Positions 1 to 14,706 of a DNA stretch of 64,000 bases are shown here, piece after piece; position 1 is the first letter of the stretch; every line of letters starts with the position of its first letter. A model generated the notes under the pieces. It was not told the origin of the DNA. It made no database searches and saw only the letters and a program-made list of their open reading frames with translations. Made by a program: the position numbers and the translations under genes. This stretch comes from Octopus sinensis (lineage: Eukaryota): contig NC_043019.1 of NCBI RefSeq assembly GCF_006345805.1, forward strand, positions 25,915,360 to 25,979,359. The letters run 5' to 3'.

Positions 1-274
1 ACAGAACTGGAATTAATTTGGTAATTTCTACGACTTCCCCAGCTTCAATTTCTGGCCTCCTAATTCTCCCGTTTCTAATCTCATGGATTGCAATGAGTGG
101 GGCGTGGTTGAGAAAGACAACAAACACGCTGCCTGCAGCACCAAGGCCGAGTTGGTGGTCAAGATCAAGGAGGTGCTCGAAAATCTTCCCAGGGACACGA
201 TGAGAAACACATGCGCCAGTTTCCGGAGTCGTCTTGACGCCGTGATGGAAGCTGAGGACAGCTACTTTGAGTAA
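1..274 (+). mobile_element. 3' fragment of Tc1/mariner-superfamily (DD37D/maT-like) transposase, decayed
   Basis: Translates as WPPNSP.SNLMD...WGVVEK...F.SRLDAV.EAE.SYFE*, the C-terminal WPxxSPDLNPxD region; same family as 8424-9270. Confidence 0.75.
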
Positions 275-277
275 ACT

Positions 278-1519
278 TCGAGGTTAAGCTGAAAAGTTCA
301 TAGGTTGACTAAGAAGGAGTTATCATACAGTAATTAAACTTGGCATGCATTAAATTCTACATTTACTGATGCTAACAGCATCTTTTCTATCCCGATAAAC
401 TCACATTGGAAACAGACTTAAGGATTTGGGAAAGTGGTACTAGAAACATTTCGTGAAAATTGATAAAATTTGGCACTGTTGGGTTATCAAATATCTGCAG
501 AAAAAGGGGTTAGCCCCCAAGGACATTCATGCTGACACAAAAAGTGGGCAGCTGAATTCAAGAGGAGTAGGGAGAGTCTTGAAGATGACCCGAGATCTGG
601 ACGTCCTGCCACAGCCACCACCCAAGAAAACATCGACCGTGTTAACCACATGGTGATGGATCACAGACATTTAAATGTTAATCAGATAGCTAGTGCTGTA
701 GGCATCTCCCATGAATGAGTTGAGAACATTCTGCGTAACGAACTTGGCATGTCGAAGGTTTCCGCTTGTTGGGTGCCACGACTTTTGATGCCTGATCAAA
801 AGCACACCAGGTTGGTCATGTCGCAGGCGAACTAGGCACTTTTTGAAGAAAATCCAGCCGGTTTTCTTGAACGTTTCTTCACCCAAGATGAATGTTGGGT
901 TCCCCACTTTGAGCCAGAGACCCAACGACTGTCCATGCAGTGGAAACACCCATCTTTTTCTCCACCAAAGAAAGTCAAGGTGGTGTCATTGGCAGGGAAG
1001 GTGATGGTCTCTGTCTTCTGGGATGCAAAGGGCATTGTGTTCAGTGACTACTTTCAGAAAGGCCATACTATCAATGGAGAATACTATGCCAACCTGTATG
1101 ACGCAGCTGCGAAAGGCAATCAAGTCAAAATGGCCAGGAAAACTGATGAAAGGGTCCTGCTTCACATGAACAATGCTCCTACATGCAAGTCTGTGGTTGT
1201 AATGGCTGCTGTGCGCGACTGTCTTTGAACTGGTTGATCACTCTCCATATTCTCCTCATTTGGCACCATCTGACTATTTTCTGTTCCCCAACATGTAAAA
1301 ACACTTGGCTGCGAAGCAGTATCAGACCGATGGTGAGGTTGTATCTGCCGTTAAGGACTTTTTTCAAGGTCAGGATGAGAGCTTCTGTACGACAGGAATC
1401 CAAACGCTGCAACAATGAGGGAAGAAATGTATGGAGACTATGTCGAAAAATGAAACACATTTGGTCAAGTTTGACCATTGCATCGTGGTCAGCCTATGAA
1501 CTTTTCAGACAAGCTCTCC
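278..1519 (+). mobile_element. Mariner (DD34D) DNA transposon, pseudogenised, with terminal inverted repeats
   Basis: Motifs WVPRLL, TQDECW, QWKHP, AGKVMVSVFWD and YSPHLAPSDY across frameshifts and stops; matching TIRs CTGAAAAGTTCATAGG(T/C)TGAC near 289-309 and 1488-1508. Confidence 0.9.
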
Positions 1520-1626
1520 CACAATCTCCCAATCATAATTTAGTTGGTATACGTTTATTTTTGGATGTGATTTTGTGTTCTTTTTTCCGTTAATTGTCAA
1601 TTGTGAAATTTAGCCCGAACACCCTG

Positions 1627-2317
1627 TATGTATATATGTATGTGTATGTATGTATGTATGTATGTATGTATGTATGTATGTATGTATGCATGTATGTATG
1701 TATGTATGTATGTATGTATGTATGTATGTATGTATGTATGCATGTATGTATGTATGTATGTACGTATGTATGTATGTATGTATGTATGGTATGTATGCAT
1801 GTATATATACATGTATATATGTGTGTGTGTGTTTATATTATTAATACATAGACAGACACACACACGCATACACATATATGTGTATATGTATACGTATATA
1901 TATACGTACGAATGTATTTATGTATGTATGCATGTATGTATGTATGGTATGTATGGTATGTATGCATGTATGTATGAATATATATGTGTGTGTGTATGTT
2001 TATATTACTGATACATAGACACACACACAGGCATACGCACATACATATGTGTGTGTGTATGTGTGTGTGTACGTATGTATGCACGTACGAATGTATTTAT
2101 GTATGTATGTATGTATGTATGTGTGTATTTATGTATGTATGTATGCATGTTTGTATGTATGTGTGTATTTATGTATGTGTGCATGTATGAATGTATGTAT
2201 ATATATATATATAGATGTATGTATATATATATATAGATGTATGTATGTATGCATGCATGTATATATGTATGTATGTATTTATGTATGTATGTGTGCATGT
2301 ATGAATGTATGTATATA

Positions 2318-2396
<79 letters not shown>
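1627..2396. repeat. Compound (TATG)n/(TG)n/(TA)n microsatellite
   Basis: Directly visible; explains the MYVC/HTYI ORFs. Confidence 0.95.
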
Positions 2397-2398
<2 letters not shown>

Positions 2399-2626
2399 CA
2401 ATTTAGGAATGGCCTGAACAGGCCATTCGTCCACCAGAAAGAGCAGCCATAACTCCAACCGCCAAGTAGTGTAATTCGGAAATAAGGTGAAAATTTAAAA
2501 ACATTTACCCTAATTCATCTTTTTTAAATTTTACCTTATTTCCGAATTACAATACTTGGCGGTTGGAGTTATGGCTGCTCTTCTGGTGGACGAATGGCCT
2601 GTTCAGGCCATTCCTAAATTGTTATA
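2394..2626. mobile_element. Fold-back palindromic element (MITE-like), about 230 bp
   Basis: Roughly 100-bp arms that are near-perfect reverse complements (ACAATTTAGGAATGGCCTGAACAGGCC... / ...GGCCTGTTCAGGCCATTCCTAAATTGT), short loop, TA context on both sides. Confidence 0.85.
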
Positions 2627-2719
2627 TTTATACATATTTAGTCTTTGACTATTTTCTCTTTCCATTAGGCCGCTGGTAGCGATAAATTTTTACTGAATTT
2701 TTGTACCTAAATGATAATT

Positions 2720-2755
<36 letters not shown>

Positions 2756-3147
2756 CATGCATGTATATTCAATCGCATCTAATCTCCGCTCTCCTATTAA
2801 ATGGTCGCCATTCCCCAGCAGGACTTCATCGAAAGAAGCTCACAAGAATTATTTTCAGTAACAACGACATCTGGCGGATAATGTTACTATTTTTTCTCTC
2901 CTTTCAATCTAAAACCTTCTCATTAACCTCACACTTAATCTCTCTCTCTTCCTCAACCTTCCCCACCCTTCTCCTTACTCAATCAATTCTTACTCTCTCC
3001 GCCACCACATTAATCTCTTTCGCACCTCTACATGATTGACACTTCCGTTTACTGTGTCACGTGACCAATCATTATTAACTTGCTGGCTTCTCTCTCTATT
3101 TTTAACGTTTCTTTTTATAATCTACTCGTGATCAGCCATGATAAGAG

Positions 3148-3485
3148 CATCACATACTCTCTGTCTCTCTCTCCCCTCTCTCTGTCTTTCTCTCTCTTTC
3201 TCTCTCTCTGCCTCCCTCTCTCTCTCTCTCTCTCTCTCTGCCTCCCTCTCTCTTCATCTTTCTCCCTCCGTTAGTATTTATCCATCTCTATCTTGCTATA
3301 TATCTCCCTTTCTGTTTCTTGTTTTCTCTTTCTCTCCTTTTCTCCATCTTTATCTCTCTAGTTATGTATCTTTCTCTCGCTCTCTCTCTCTCTCTCTCTC
3401 GCTCTCTCTCTCGCTCTCGCTCTCTCTCTCTCTATCTCTATCTCTATCTCTCTTTCTATCTCTCTATCTATCTATCTTTCTGTCT
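3148..3485. repeat. (CT)n-rich microsatellite
   Basis: Directly visible. Confidence 0.9.
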
Positions 3486-4106
3486 AGTCACACGAACTCA
3501 CAGTATTTCGTCTGAAGCTACGACTGAAATTTTACTTATTCGCTCCAGCCGCTAGAATTAACAATCAAATCCCCACGGCAGTTAAATCGAATCTTGTAGG
3601 AGGACGATCACGATTGAAACACTTTTTGGTTATAATTCTGCTCGATAAAGGCAAACCTGGGGCTAAACAGCAACAACAACAACAACAACAACAACCACGT
3701 GCTAAATATTTTGATTGACAAACTGTCAATGTCACGCTTTGTTTTCGGGTTTATTTCGTTCATAAATAACTTCATTTTAAGGCAAGTGAGCTGGCAGGAT
3801 CATTAGCGCGTCGCACAAAATGCTTAGCGGTACTTCTTCTCGCTCTTTGTGTTCTGAGTTCAAATTCCACCGAGGTTCATTTTACTTTACATTCTTTCAG
3901 GATCGGCGAAATACGTACGAGGTGGGCACTGTTGTCAAGGTAACCGTCTTGTCCGCTCAAAAATGGCTGATCTTGTGCCAGAATTAGAAACAAAATTATT
4001 TTCTTTTTTCTTTTTAATCTTTCACATAGTGAAGGCAACCAGCTAGCAGAACCGTTACCGCGCCTGGGAAAATACAAAACAGTATTTCGTATGTTCTGTG
4101 TTCAAA

Positions 4107-4498
4107 TCTCTATATATATAAAGCTGAAGTTGTCTGTGTATGGCAGGTTTGGTAGCCTTCAACTAACACTATCTCCTGCGAGACCCTGCGGTACAAGTTG
4201 ACCAAAATTGAGAGTATGATAGAAGAAGGCTTGCTCTTCCTTCTATAGAAGAAAAAATTAAAATCGGACCATGTTAACACCAAAAATTATTTACATCAAA
4301 AAGGTGCTTTTTTTCTATGAAAATCCCTATTTTTTACGATTTTTTGACTGCTGTGTCGCCATTTTTCGGTGTACTTCAGCCAGGAAAATGTTCACTTAAA
4401 GAGAATAACAAGTTACATAATGCAAAACTTTTACTTTTCAAAAATTCCAATTCTAAAGGGTCGAAACAAACCCTAGCAACGCCGGGTGATACTGCTAG
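4107..4498 (+). mobile_element. Non-autonomous Helitron-like element
   Basis: Starts A|TC, ends CCCTAGCAACGCCGGG hairpin then CTAG; near-identical copy at 36320-36712. Confidence 0.7.
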
Positions 4499-4996
4499 CT
4501 AACGCTAAAGTTAGAATATTTATGGTTTTTTAAAAAAATTTTTCATTAATATCTTGTATAAAGTCTTTCGACGCTGAACAACAGAAGTTTAAATATCAAT
4601 AAAGTCAATAATAAAATTCATAATTAAAGTATTAAATCAAATTAAAATGAGAAGTGCCAGACACAAATAAGGAAATGAGAAGATTACTATAAAGGGATTT
4701 AAGTGAAGAAAACCTCCAAACAACAATAATCACCAGAACTTGAATAAATTTGAATCAAACAAATTGTTTGTTGCAACATTATGAAAGCAAAGGAGTGGGG
4801 AGAGAGAGAGTGATATAATTTTGTCCAGATAAAAGCCAACATTGCGATTTTATATGTATGTATATAAGTAGGTACGTACGTAGATAGGTAGGTAGGTATG
4901 TAGGTAGGTAGGTAGGTAGGTAGGGTAGTATGGAGGGGAGGGAGGAGGGAGGGGAGGAGGGAGGTAACTATCTATCTATTTAATATATATTTATTA

Positions 4997-6147
4997 CGAT
5001 GGGCGTTCAATAAGTAATGCCTCTGACCCCTTCCCATAGCAGTAGAGCAACGAAATTTGACACATTATAGTCTTTTTTTTCTAATAGGAACCACCCAGAG
5101 TTACGCATATTTCTCCCATCGTTGATGCAGCGCTGGAGACCGTTTTGTAAAGACCCCAGCTTGGTCCTCCAACCACGATTGGACTTCAGAAATCAATGCT
5201 GCATCATCTGGGAAACGCTTTCCTTTCAAAACAACTTCATGGCTGGGAAGAGGTGAAAATCATAAGGTGCAAGGTCATGAGAGTAGGGAGATGGGGGAGG
5301 AGATTCATAGCCACACGCCTGTGCTTCTGTCTGGCGACACAGACAGTTGTGGAACGGAGCGTTGTCCTGCAGAGGAGGATGCCTTTGCTATCTTAGCCCC
5401 GCCTCTTGATTTTGATAGCTTCTCTTAATTCCTCAAAAGTGAAGCATAATAGGCTCCTGTAATTGTGGTACCCTTGCCAGAAATCTGTCATCACTACTTC
5501 CGTCCTGGTTCCAGAAGACTGTGAGCATGACCTTGCCAGCGGAGGGTTGCACCCTTGCCTTCTTGAAGGAGGTGGTCACGGTGCTTCCACTGCATTGACT
5601 GGGCTTTGGTCTCTGGATCATAGTGATGGACCCAGGTTTCATCCTGTGTAATCAGTCTTTTGAAAAATTTTGAGACTCATCTCTTTTGGCACATCTCCAA
5701 ATTCATCCCGAGCACTCGACGCGTTCTTGCTTCGGGAAAGGTATTGAGCAACCTGGAATCCATCTGGCAGACACCTTTGCATATGCAAATGGTCATGAAT
5801 GATAGTTTCCACAGACCCGGTACTAATCTTGACCTCATGGGCTATTTGGTGATAGTTAATGCGTCCATCATCCAAATGGCGCCCCGACTTGACGGACAGA
5901 TGCCTCATCAATGGAAGAAGGGGACGACCATATCTGGGAGCTGTCCACAGAGTTTCCGACCATGTTTGAATCACGATGCCAACGTTTTACACAAGTTCAT
6001 CTGATGGGGCATCATCACCATAAGTTACTTTCATTTCAATCAAAAGTCTCCCGTGGTGTGCGTCCTTTCAAATCCAAAAACCGGATCACTGCTCGACACT
6101 CAACAGCTCCATTCACACTTGATCAGTTCAACACATGTTAAATCCTC

Positions 6148-6150
<3 letters not shown>
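4997..6150 (-). mobile_element. Mariner transposon remnant
   Basis: Minus-strand translations with HTH region (IAHEVKISTGSVETIIHDHL), QPSAGKVMLTVFWN; TIR-like TACGA(T/G)GGGCGTTCAATAAGTAATGC at about 4997. Confidence 0.8.
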
Positions 6151-6189
<39 letters not shown>

Positions 6190-6454
6190 AGAGTTTAGGG
6201 AAAAACAAAAGACGAAGACTGTTGGTGTACAAAACAAACAGATGTATTAGTATAACGCTCAGGAATAGAAAAAATCTTTTACGTTTCGAGCTTACGCTCT
6301 TCTACAGAAAGGGACACAGAAAAAAACAAGGCGAGAAACAAGGAGAGAAATAAAATGTGTGTGCTACTACTACTACTTAATGCTTTAATTGAAAGAAGAT
6401 GGGAAAGGTAGACGAGTGATTGATATATATCAATATACAGGCAACGTGGACATT

Positions 6455-6492
6455 TACAGATAGATAGATAGATAGACAGATAGATAGATAGG

Positions 6493-6560
<68 letters not shown>

Positions 6561-6575
6561 CAGACAGATAGAATA

Positions 6576-6636
<61 letters not shown>

Positions 6637-6655
6637 CAGATAGATAGATAGATAA

Positions 6656-6728
<73 letters not shown>

Positions 6729-6737
6729 TAGATAGAC

Positions 6738-6804
<67 letters not shown>

Positions 6805-6846
6805 TAGAGAGAGAGATAAACAGATAGATAGACAGATAGATAGATA
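6455..6846. repeat. (GATA)n/(GACA)n microsatellite
   Basis: Directly visible; explains the SIYL ORFs. Confidence 0.95.
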
Positions 6847-7324
6847 TTCGCACATAGGCCTAATATTCTTGTTTATGTATAAGCCAAGAAACATGAAAGC
6901 ACAGACACACAAACACACCTAAATAGACAGAGACAGAAACACATAGGTGTGTGTGTTTTTTTTTTTTTTTACTTTTAACTATCGGGGATTTACCTTCATT
7001 TCATTGGAGGACATTCATTTGAAGCGCGTAGCGGAGTTCCCGGATGTCCGTGACGCAATGCGGCTCCGATTAACACAGTTGCTGTGAGTTCGGCGATGTC
7101 TGAGTGCCAATTAGAGGAGAAACTGGGGGAGGAATGGCATAGATGATATGGCATCAAATAAAAGCTGGGTGGTGATAAAGTCATTGCACACACACAAACA
7201 CACACATACATACACACACAGATATAGATATATAGATAGATAGATATATAGATAGATAGATAGATAGATAGATAGAAATAGATAGATAGATAGATAGATA
7301 TTCTTATTCTTTATCTTTTAATTC

Positions 7325-7751
7325 TTTTATTTGTTTCAGAGTCATTTGACTGCGGCCATGCTGGACAACCGCCTTTATCGAGCAAACTCGACCCGGGACT
7401 TATTCTTTTGTAAGCCCAGTACTATTCTATCAGTCTCTTTTTGCCGAAGCGCTAAGTAACGGAACATAAACACACCAGCAATCGGTTGTCAGCAATGCTA
7501 GGGGGACCAACACAGACACACAAAACACACACACGCATATATATATATATATATATACATTATACGACGGGCTTCTTTTTCCTTCCTTTTGTCCTCAACC
7601 TTCTTTACAGTTTCCGTCTACCAAATCCACTCACAAGGCTTTGGTCGACCCGAGGCTATAGTAGAAGACACTTGCCCAAGTGCCACGCAGTGGGACTGAA
7701 CTCGGAACCATGTGGTTGGTAAACACTACTTACACACAGCACTCCTGCGCC
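7325..7751 (-). mobile_element. tRNA-derived CORE-type SINE (family 1, AAAAGAGT tail); further copies near 14010-14260, 18478-18700, 22504-22911, 37381-37785, 49121-49513
   Basis: tRNA-like head GGCGCAGGAGTGGCTGTGTGG...GGTTCAGTCCC, CORE-like GGCACCTTGGGCAAGTGTCTT, internal microsatellite, many near-identical copies in the window. Confidence 0.85.
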
Positions 7752-8062
7752 TATGGAGTGCGTATATTATATATATATATATATTATATATATATGGAGT
7801 GCGTATATATATATATATATGTTCGTTTTTCTGTTCAGCTCTAATAAAAACAATTTTACATTAACCTAATGCGTTACTTTGTACTTTTGTGGAGCACAAA
7901 TTTATTCTTCTGAAGCAAGAATATCGTTGGCAGTAACTTCGAAGCTTAGGGTAGTTAAGCTATCGTCAGCCTAACTGAGTGAAACTTCCAAGTCACTATC
8001 AATGATATGCTCTTTCAAGAATTATATATATGTGTGTGTATGCGGTGTGTGTGTGTGTGTGT

Positions 8063-8129
<67 letters not shown>

Positions 8130-8423
8130 TGAAACATTGAAGTCAACAAGAAGGCGTACGGCTGGACAATTATTTTCAATCACTGCAATCGTTTCTACGC
8201 AACGTAGTTCAATATAAATATATATATATGGGTGTGTATTTATGTTTATATATTTATATTTATAGATATGTGTTTATGCATGAGTGTACGTATGTATGTA
8301 TGTATGTATGTATGTATGTATGTATGTATGTATGTATGTATGTATGTATGTATGTAGCGTGTGTGTGTATGTATGTAATTAAGTATGTATATATGCATGT
8401 ATGTACATATATTTCTATACTAG

Positions 8424-9270
8424 TATATACAGGGTGCGGTGAATATATTGCCGCCTAAATTACACAAAAATGAAAATAAAACTGACATCTCGTTTGAACA
8501 GATATATTTACCAAAATTACATGAAAATATCTTAAAATACTAAAGAGTAAATTTATTCAATAAAATCGCCATTGCATTCAACCAATGCCTCCGGACTACT
8601 TTGGAATCTCCTGCAACTCTTCTGGACGGTCTCCTTGTTTAACTTGGTGAATGCTGCCATAATGCTTGCCCTCAGTTCATCTTTGGTTTTACAAGTTGTT
8701 TTGTTGGTCTCTCGCTTAACTGCGCCCCACGCATAATGATCATGGGGTTTGCAGCCTGGGGAGTTAGGTAGCCAGATGTTGTGGTCGCAGAAATTCTCTG
8801 ACAGCCATGACGGGATTGTCCTGCTTGTGTGGAATGGTGCAGAGTCCTGTTGCCAGACATAAAGTCTTCCAACAGCCACCCTCTTAACCCAGGGCAGCAC
8901 TACCTCTTCTGGGCACTTGATGTAAGCCTCCGTGTTAAGTCTGAGGCTGTGTGGGAAAATGAATGGAGGTATAACATGGACATCACTAATGATCACCCCA
9001 AACGCCATGATGTTGACTGGATGTTTAATTTTTATCACTCTCGGTAAATGCTTTGGGAACACGGCAAGCCGACGGTTTCCTGTGCGTTCACCTGTTCGTA
9101 TTGGAGCTTCAGGCGCGAATGCCAAGTCGTTTCCAAATTTCTGGCAGAGGAAATTGCGTCATGGTGCTGTTATCCTCACAGATGGTGCCCAACAGACCCT
9201 ACGATACTGTGTAGTCGTCAAAATCGAAAACAAACAATGAACATGCGCGAAATTAAAAATATAAAATGGT
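8424..9270 (-). mobile_element. Tc1/mariner-superfamily DD37D-like transposase remnant
   Basis: ORF 8553-9125 with VWQQDSAPFH and WLPNSPGCKPHDHYAWG; terminal TACAGGGTG TIR-like end at about 8426. Confidence 0.8.
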
Positions 9271-9344
9271 AACAATTTACCCTTTATGTGTGTGTGTGTG
9301 TGTTTGTGTGTTTGTGTGTTTGTGTGTGTGTGTGTGTGTGTGTT

Positions 9345-9433
<89 letters not shown>

Positions 9434-10007
9434 CATTATTCATCTTCGATGAAATTCATGCCACTTGCCAGTCGGATTCATTTCCCTTGGCTCATTTTCC
9501 GTTCATTTAAGTAAATTTCCAATTTGGAAATACATACATGCCTTCTCTTCTCTTTTTTTTATCATTTATCTAAGTGTCTCGTTGTGATGGAAGCAGGCTG
9601 ACGTAAATGCTGTGCTAACGACGCCAATTAAGGTAGAAAAGTGAATAAAGTATCTGCCCTTTTCTTTCTACACATCCTGATTACCTTATCCTGAATGGCA
9701 AATCAGTTTTGGAAAAATTCTTGAATCATGAAATTATTTCCGTTTCTCATCTAGCACTGCCACCAGGCGATTCTTCTATCTTCTCTGAAGGCATAGATAC
9801 TATCAATGTATAAAAAATATATATCTTGTGTAGTTTTGATTGCTGAAATACTTGCTACTGGCGACTCTGAGATATTTGCTTAGTTCATTTGTGTACTTAT
9901 TGTTATACCACCACACACGCACAAAACACACATACATACATGTATATATATATATAGATAGATATAGATATCTATATATATATATATATATATATAGATA
10001 TATATAT

Positions 10008-10058
<51 letters not shown>

Positions 10059-10406
10059 ATATATATATATTAATTTATATAAATAAGGATATTTAAATAC
10101 CGATCTTATCAGGTGGCCAGCATGGGAATAAAAGCCTTCAAAGGTAATAATTATTATTAAAATTGTAATTTAGGGTATCTAAGAGATACCACCACGCTGG
10201 AAGTAGCAGTCAAAACTTGACTCCAAACCACATTAAATGTTCATACAGCACCAGGAGAGAAGACAAAGAGACAAAATAAACTAGCAAAATATTACTGGAT
10301 AATTCCAGATCCCGGATTTCTGAATCTGCATAAGAAATGCTCTGCTTTCATCAGTGGAATATAATCAGCAAAGCACATAAATACATACATACATATATAT
10401 ATTATA

Positions 10407-10497
<91 letters not shown>

Positions 10498-10662
10498 AAC
10501 ATACGATATACTTACATATACGAACGTAATATACATATATATGCACGTATGCACACGACCAGTTTAATTTGCCCAACCAAAACTCCTCGTGCGATATGGT
10601 CAAAATGCCATTGCATATATATGTATGTATACGTTCGTATATGTAAGTAATCGTCTGTTGTG

Positions 10663-10745
<83 letters not shown>

Positions 10746-11459
10746 GTTTGTTCAGTGTCTCAGTGTCCGTTGGGTGTGTAAGGAATGAAAGAGATGGAAA
10801 ATACGTGAATCTTTATTGATCACTACAATCGTTTCGACCCATCTAGCATCGATTCCCCGCGGGGGAGATGCTGCACAACTGGTCTATCCTTCAGTGTCCT
10901 TCAGTGTCGATATGTCTCCGCCTCTGGTGATTTCCAGAGGCACCTCGTTAGAATAAACCCTGCTTTTGCACAGCTTATTATTGTATGTATTCTTCTGGGT
11001 CATCGTAGATAAAAATGGCAAGTTAAAGAATAGTGCTTCATTCTTATTAGAGATCGATAACAAACATCAGATACAAAAAAAATGCACAATACAGCGAAAA
11101 AAATTAGGACATATATAATGTTACATATTGTATAATTATAAACAGGGCAAATTATAAACGACGAACAACCTTAATCGATTTTCGAACCATATTGAGTTCT
11201 CATCAGAGGTGACCGCATCGTTCTGACAGTCTCCAGAGAAATTAAGCAGCCAAACTGTTTATCACATTATATAGTTGAAATTTACAGAAAACAAAAGACG
11301 AAGACATGTGTATAAACAACAAACAGGTGTAATAGTTTAACGGTCGGGAAGGTGAGAAAGTCTTTAACATTTCGAGCCTACGCTCTTCAACAGAAAGGAA
11401 CACGAGGAAATAAACAGAGAGAGAGACTTTAAAAAAACAACTTTTGGAGCTAAACATGA

Positions 11460-12000
11460 CAGAACTAAATAGACACCCTTATAATCATTAGAATTGATTT
11501 AAATCTGAAATTATACATTTAAATATTTACTAATTGTTATAATGTGAATATTTAATATTTAGGAGACATTCCCTTTGCATTTCTCAATGCAAGGACCCTA
11601 TTAGGCATGTTACTGATCTGTTGATGAATATTCTCTTGCGGAATTTCTTGCCATGTTTCATGCAGTAATCTCAAGAGATCTGGCTTTGAAGATGTTTTTT
11701 TGTTCTTTTTATGAAATGCCCTGTCCATTATGTCCCAGAGGTGTTCAATATGGTTCATATCTGGTGACTGGCATATTTATCTGAGTTCATGTTTCCGTCA
11801 CATTCCACCAGCTCTGATCAACCATTGCTCCAAATTGCACCCCAGACCATCACAGAATACCTGCCGTGTTTCATTGTTAGCTTCAATCTTTTCAAATCAA
11901 ATTTTTGATCACAGAGTCTCCAGGCACACACTCGACCACTGTCAGGAAATACAGCAGATCTGGACTCATTAGAGTTTTTAAAACCATTCACATTTCCAAT
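11460..12000 (-). mobile_element. Tc1 (DD34E) transposase 3' remnant
   Basis: MNHIEHLWDIMDRA...LHETWQEIP...ISNMPNRVLALRNAKG; shares sequence with the + strand copy at 31240-32170. Confidence 0.8.
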
Positions 12001-12473
12001 CAGCGGATTTGTTAATGGAGCGAGAGCGAAACAGGAAAAAAAGGGGGATAAACAGTAGCCACGGAGTTCTTTTTATATGCGTTTAGGGATGATTTCAGTT
12101 TTCTTTGTACTGCATACTAATGGCAATATAATTCACACACACACACACACACACATACATACACCCATACTCACACACACACACGTGAATACACACAGAC
12201 ACACAGACAGACGCACGCACACGCACACACACATACATACATATAATAAGGTTGGCCCGTTCGCAATTTTACAACCGGTTATGTTAAAATGACTTCTGGT
12301 GCTATTATGTAAAACACGTCATACGATACGCATGATTAAATCATTGATATTATCCATGTCTACAGACATGATTTTTGATTGGCCACCTGCATTATGTTGA
12401 AACAATTGTAAACCATGGAATAAATTTGGTGCCATTAAACTCTACTCTTCACTTATTACTTATGTGTGTACGA

Positions 12474-12504
<31 letters not shown>

Positions 12505-12644
12505 CATATATGCTTATGTATGTACATATGTATGTATAGGGTCTCCAGTATCCAAGAGTGTAGTACAATATCAAATACCTTTTGGTAATCAGTTGGTTTT
12601 CCTTTCTTGTAGTGCTTTATTACAACAATCCATTTCACCAGTTG

Positions 12645-13135
12645 TTGGCCCTTACAGCCAATTCCAAATCTAAGTAGAGACTTTAAACTTGAAATCTTCA
12701 AAGCCACAGTCGAACCAATTCTACTATATGGCTCAGAAACCTGGACGTTATCAAAGAAGCTTGAGAGGCGGTTGGATGGAACCTACACTCGCCTCCTTAT
12801 GAGAGCTCAAAATCTCTCGTGGAAGCGCCATCCAACCAAAATGCAAATATATGGGAAACTACCACCTGTGTCATCTCTTGTGAAAGGTAGGAGAGTCCAG
12901 TTTGCTGGACATTGTTGTAGAGCTGAAAAAGAAGTCATTTCTACTCTTCTCCTCTGGAAGCCATCTACTCGCAATACCAGAGGGCGCGCACTCTCCTACC
13001 CTGATGTAATCTCCAGGGATACAGGCATCCAGCAACAGGACCTCCGTAATGCCATGATGGACCGTGAAGTCTGGCGTAGCATGGTAAATTCCATTGTCTC
13101 GACCACGGTCGAACAATGATGATGATGATGATGTT
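12645..13135 (+). mobile_element. RTE-clade LINE 3' end with (GAT)n tail
   Basis: YGSETWTLSKKLERRLDGTYTRLLMRA...FAGHC...DREVWR; near-identical minus copy at 32700-33520. Confidence 0.85.
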
Positions 13136-13675
13136 TCCGACACCCTCTCCGGTATCCTTCTCTTATATTATTGCCCTCCAGGCGCACAACCATCCAACCG
13201 TATGGCATAAACACTATGAACCCTCTACGTTCATGGTAAAGGAGTTATAACTCAGTCGTATAGTCATAGTGTTGTGGAGATTCACCAGTGATTTCATTTG
13301 TCGAAATTAAACATGTTTTCCTTTCCAGCCGTCATTCAGGTGTTAATCTTTGTTTAATTACTTCCACCATTGACCTACATATCCATGGACGACATTGATC
13401 ACGTGCTTCAATCCTGATTGATTTCCATTTGTTTACTGTATTTAAAGTGTTTTAGAATATATTTCATATGTGTCGTAATGACTGCATTTTTTTCTGTTCT
13501 TTGTGGGGTCTTTTCTTTCTTTTGTCTGTGTTTCAATCAAATCAATTGTTTTCCTGGCAGAAGTGCTGACAATAATACCTTCATATTTCTAAATTATTAA
13601 TTGGGTTTTTCGTTGCTTTTTTTATTTCGCTGCCTTTTCTCTCCTCTCCCTCTCTCTCTCTCTCTCTCTCTCTTA

Positions 13676-13708
<33 letters not shown>

Positions 13709-14171
13709 AAGTATAAAGGGTTCTTTCCGGTTTCATTTATATTATGTGGTATATTTCCTCTCTATTTAATGAGACAGGAACTGGCTGAAGTGGATTAATC
13801 CTGGTCTCGATACTATCACTGATTCTCTAAATACATAAACCTATTCAACCTGTTTACATTCGGGTATTTTGGTTCCGTTGACATGATTCCTTGCAAGGCC
13901 ACGTTACACAGACGCACGCAGACACACAGACAGACTCTCTCACACACACACATACATACATAAATATATACATACATACACACGTACATACATGCACGCA
14001 AGTTCATAGATGCAGGAGTGGCTGTGTGGTAAGAAGCTTGCTTCCCAACTATATGGTCCCCGGTTCGGTCCCACTGCATGGCACCTTGAGCAAGTGTCTT
14101 CTACTCTAGCATCGGGCTGACCAAAGCCTTGTGAGTGGATCTGGTTGACGGAAACTGAAAGAAGCCCGTCG

Positions 14172-14203
<32 letters not shown>

Positions 14204-14474
14204 GTGTGTGTGTGTGCGTGTATGCGTGTCTGTCCCCCTACCATCGCTTGACAACCAGTGTGTGCATGCATGCATGTATGTATACATATATATGTATATA
14301 TATATATATATCAAGTTTTATATTTTCTCTGTTTATTTTCTTTTATTCGTTTTTGATGAAGAGCATAGACTCGAAACGTAAAAGACTTTCTCACTTTCCC
14401 GAGCGCCAAAATAATACACCTATTTGTTGTTCATCCACCTGTCTTCGTCTTTTGTAAATTTCAACTACATATTT

Positions 14475-14537
<63 letters not shown>

Positions 14538-14575
14538 ACATTAATATATATACCATATATATATACCATATATAC

Positions 14576-14617
<42 letters not shown>

Positions 14618-14645
14618 CATATAATATATATACATATATATATAT

Positions 14646-14706
<61 letters not shown>

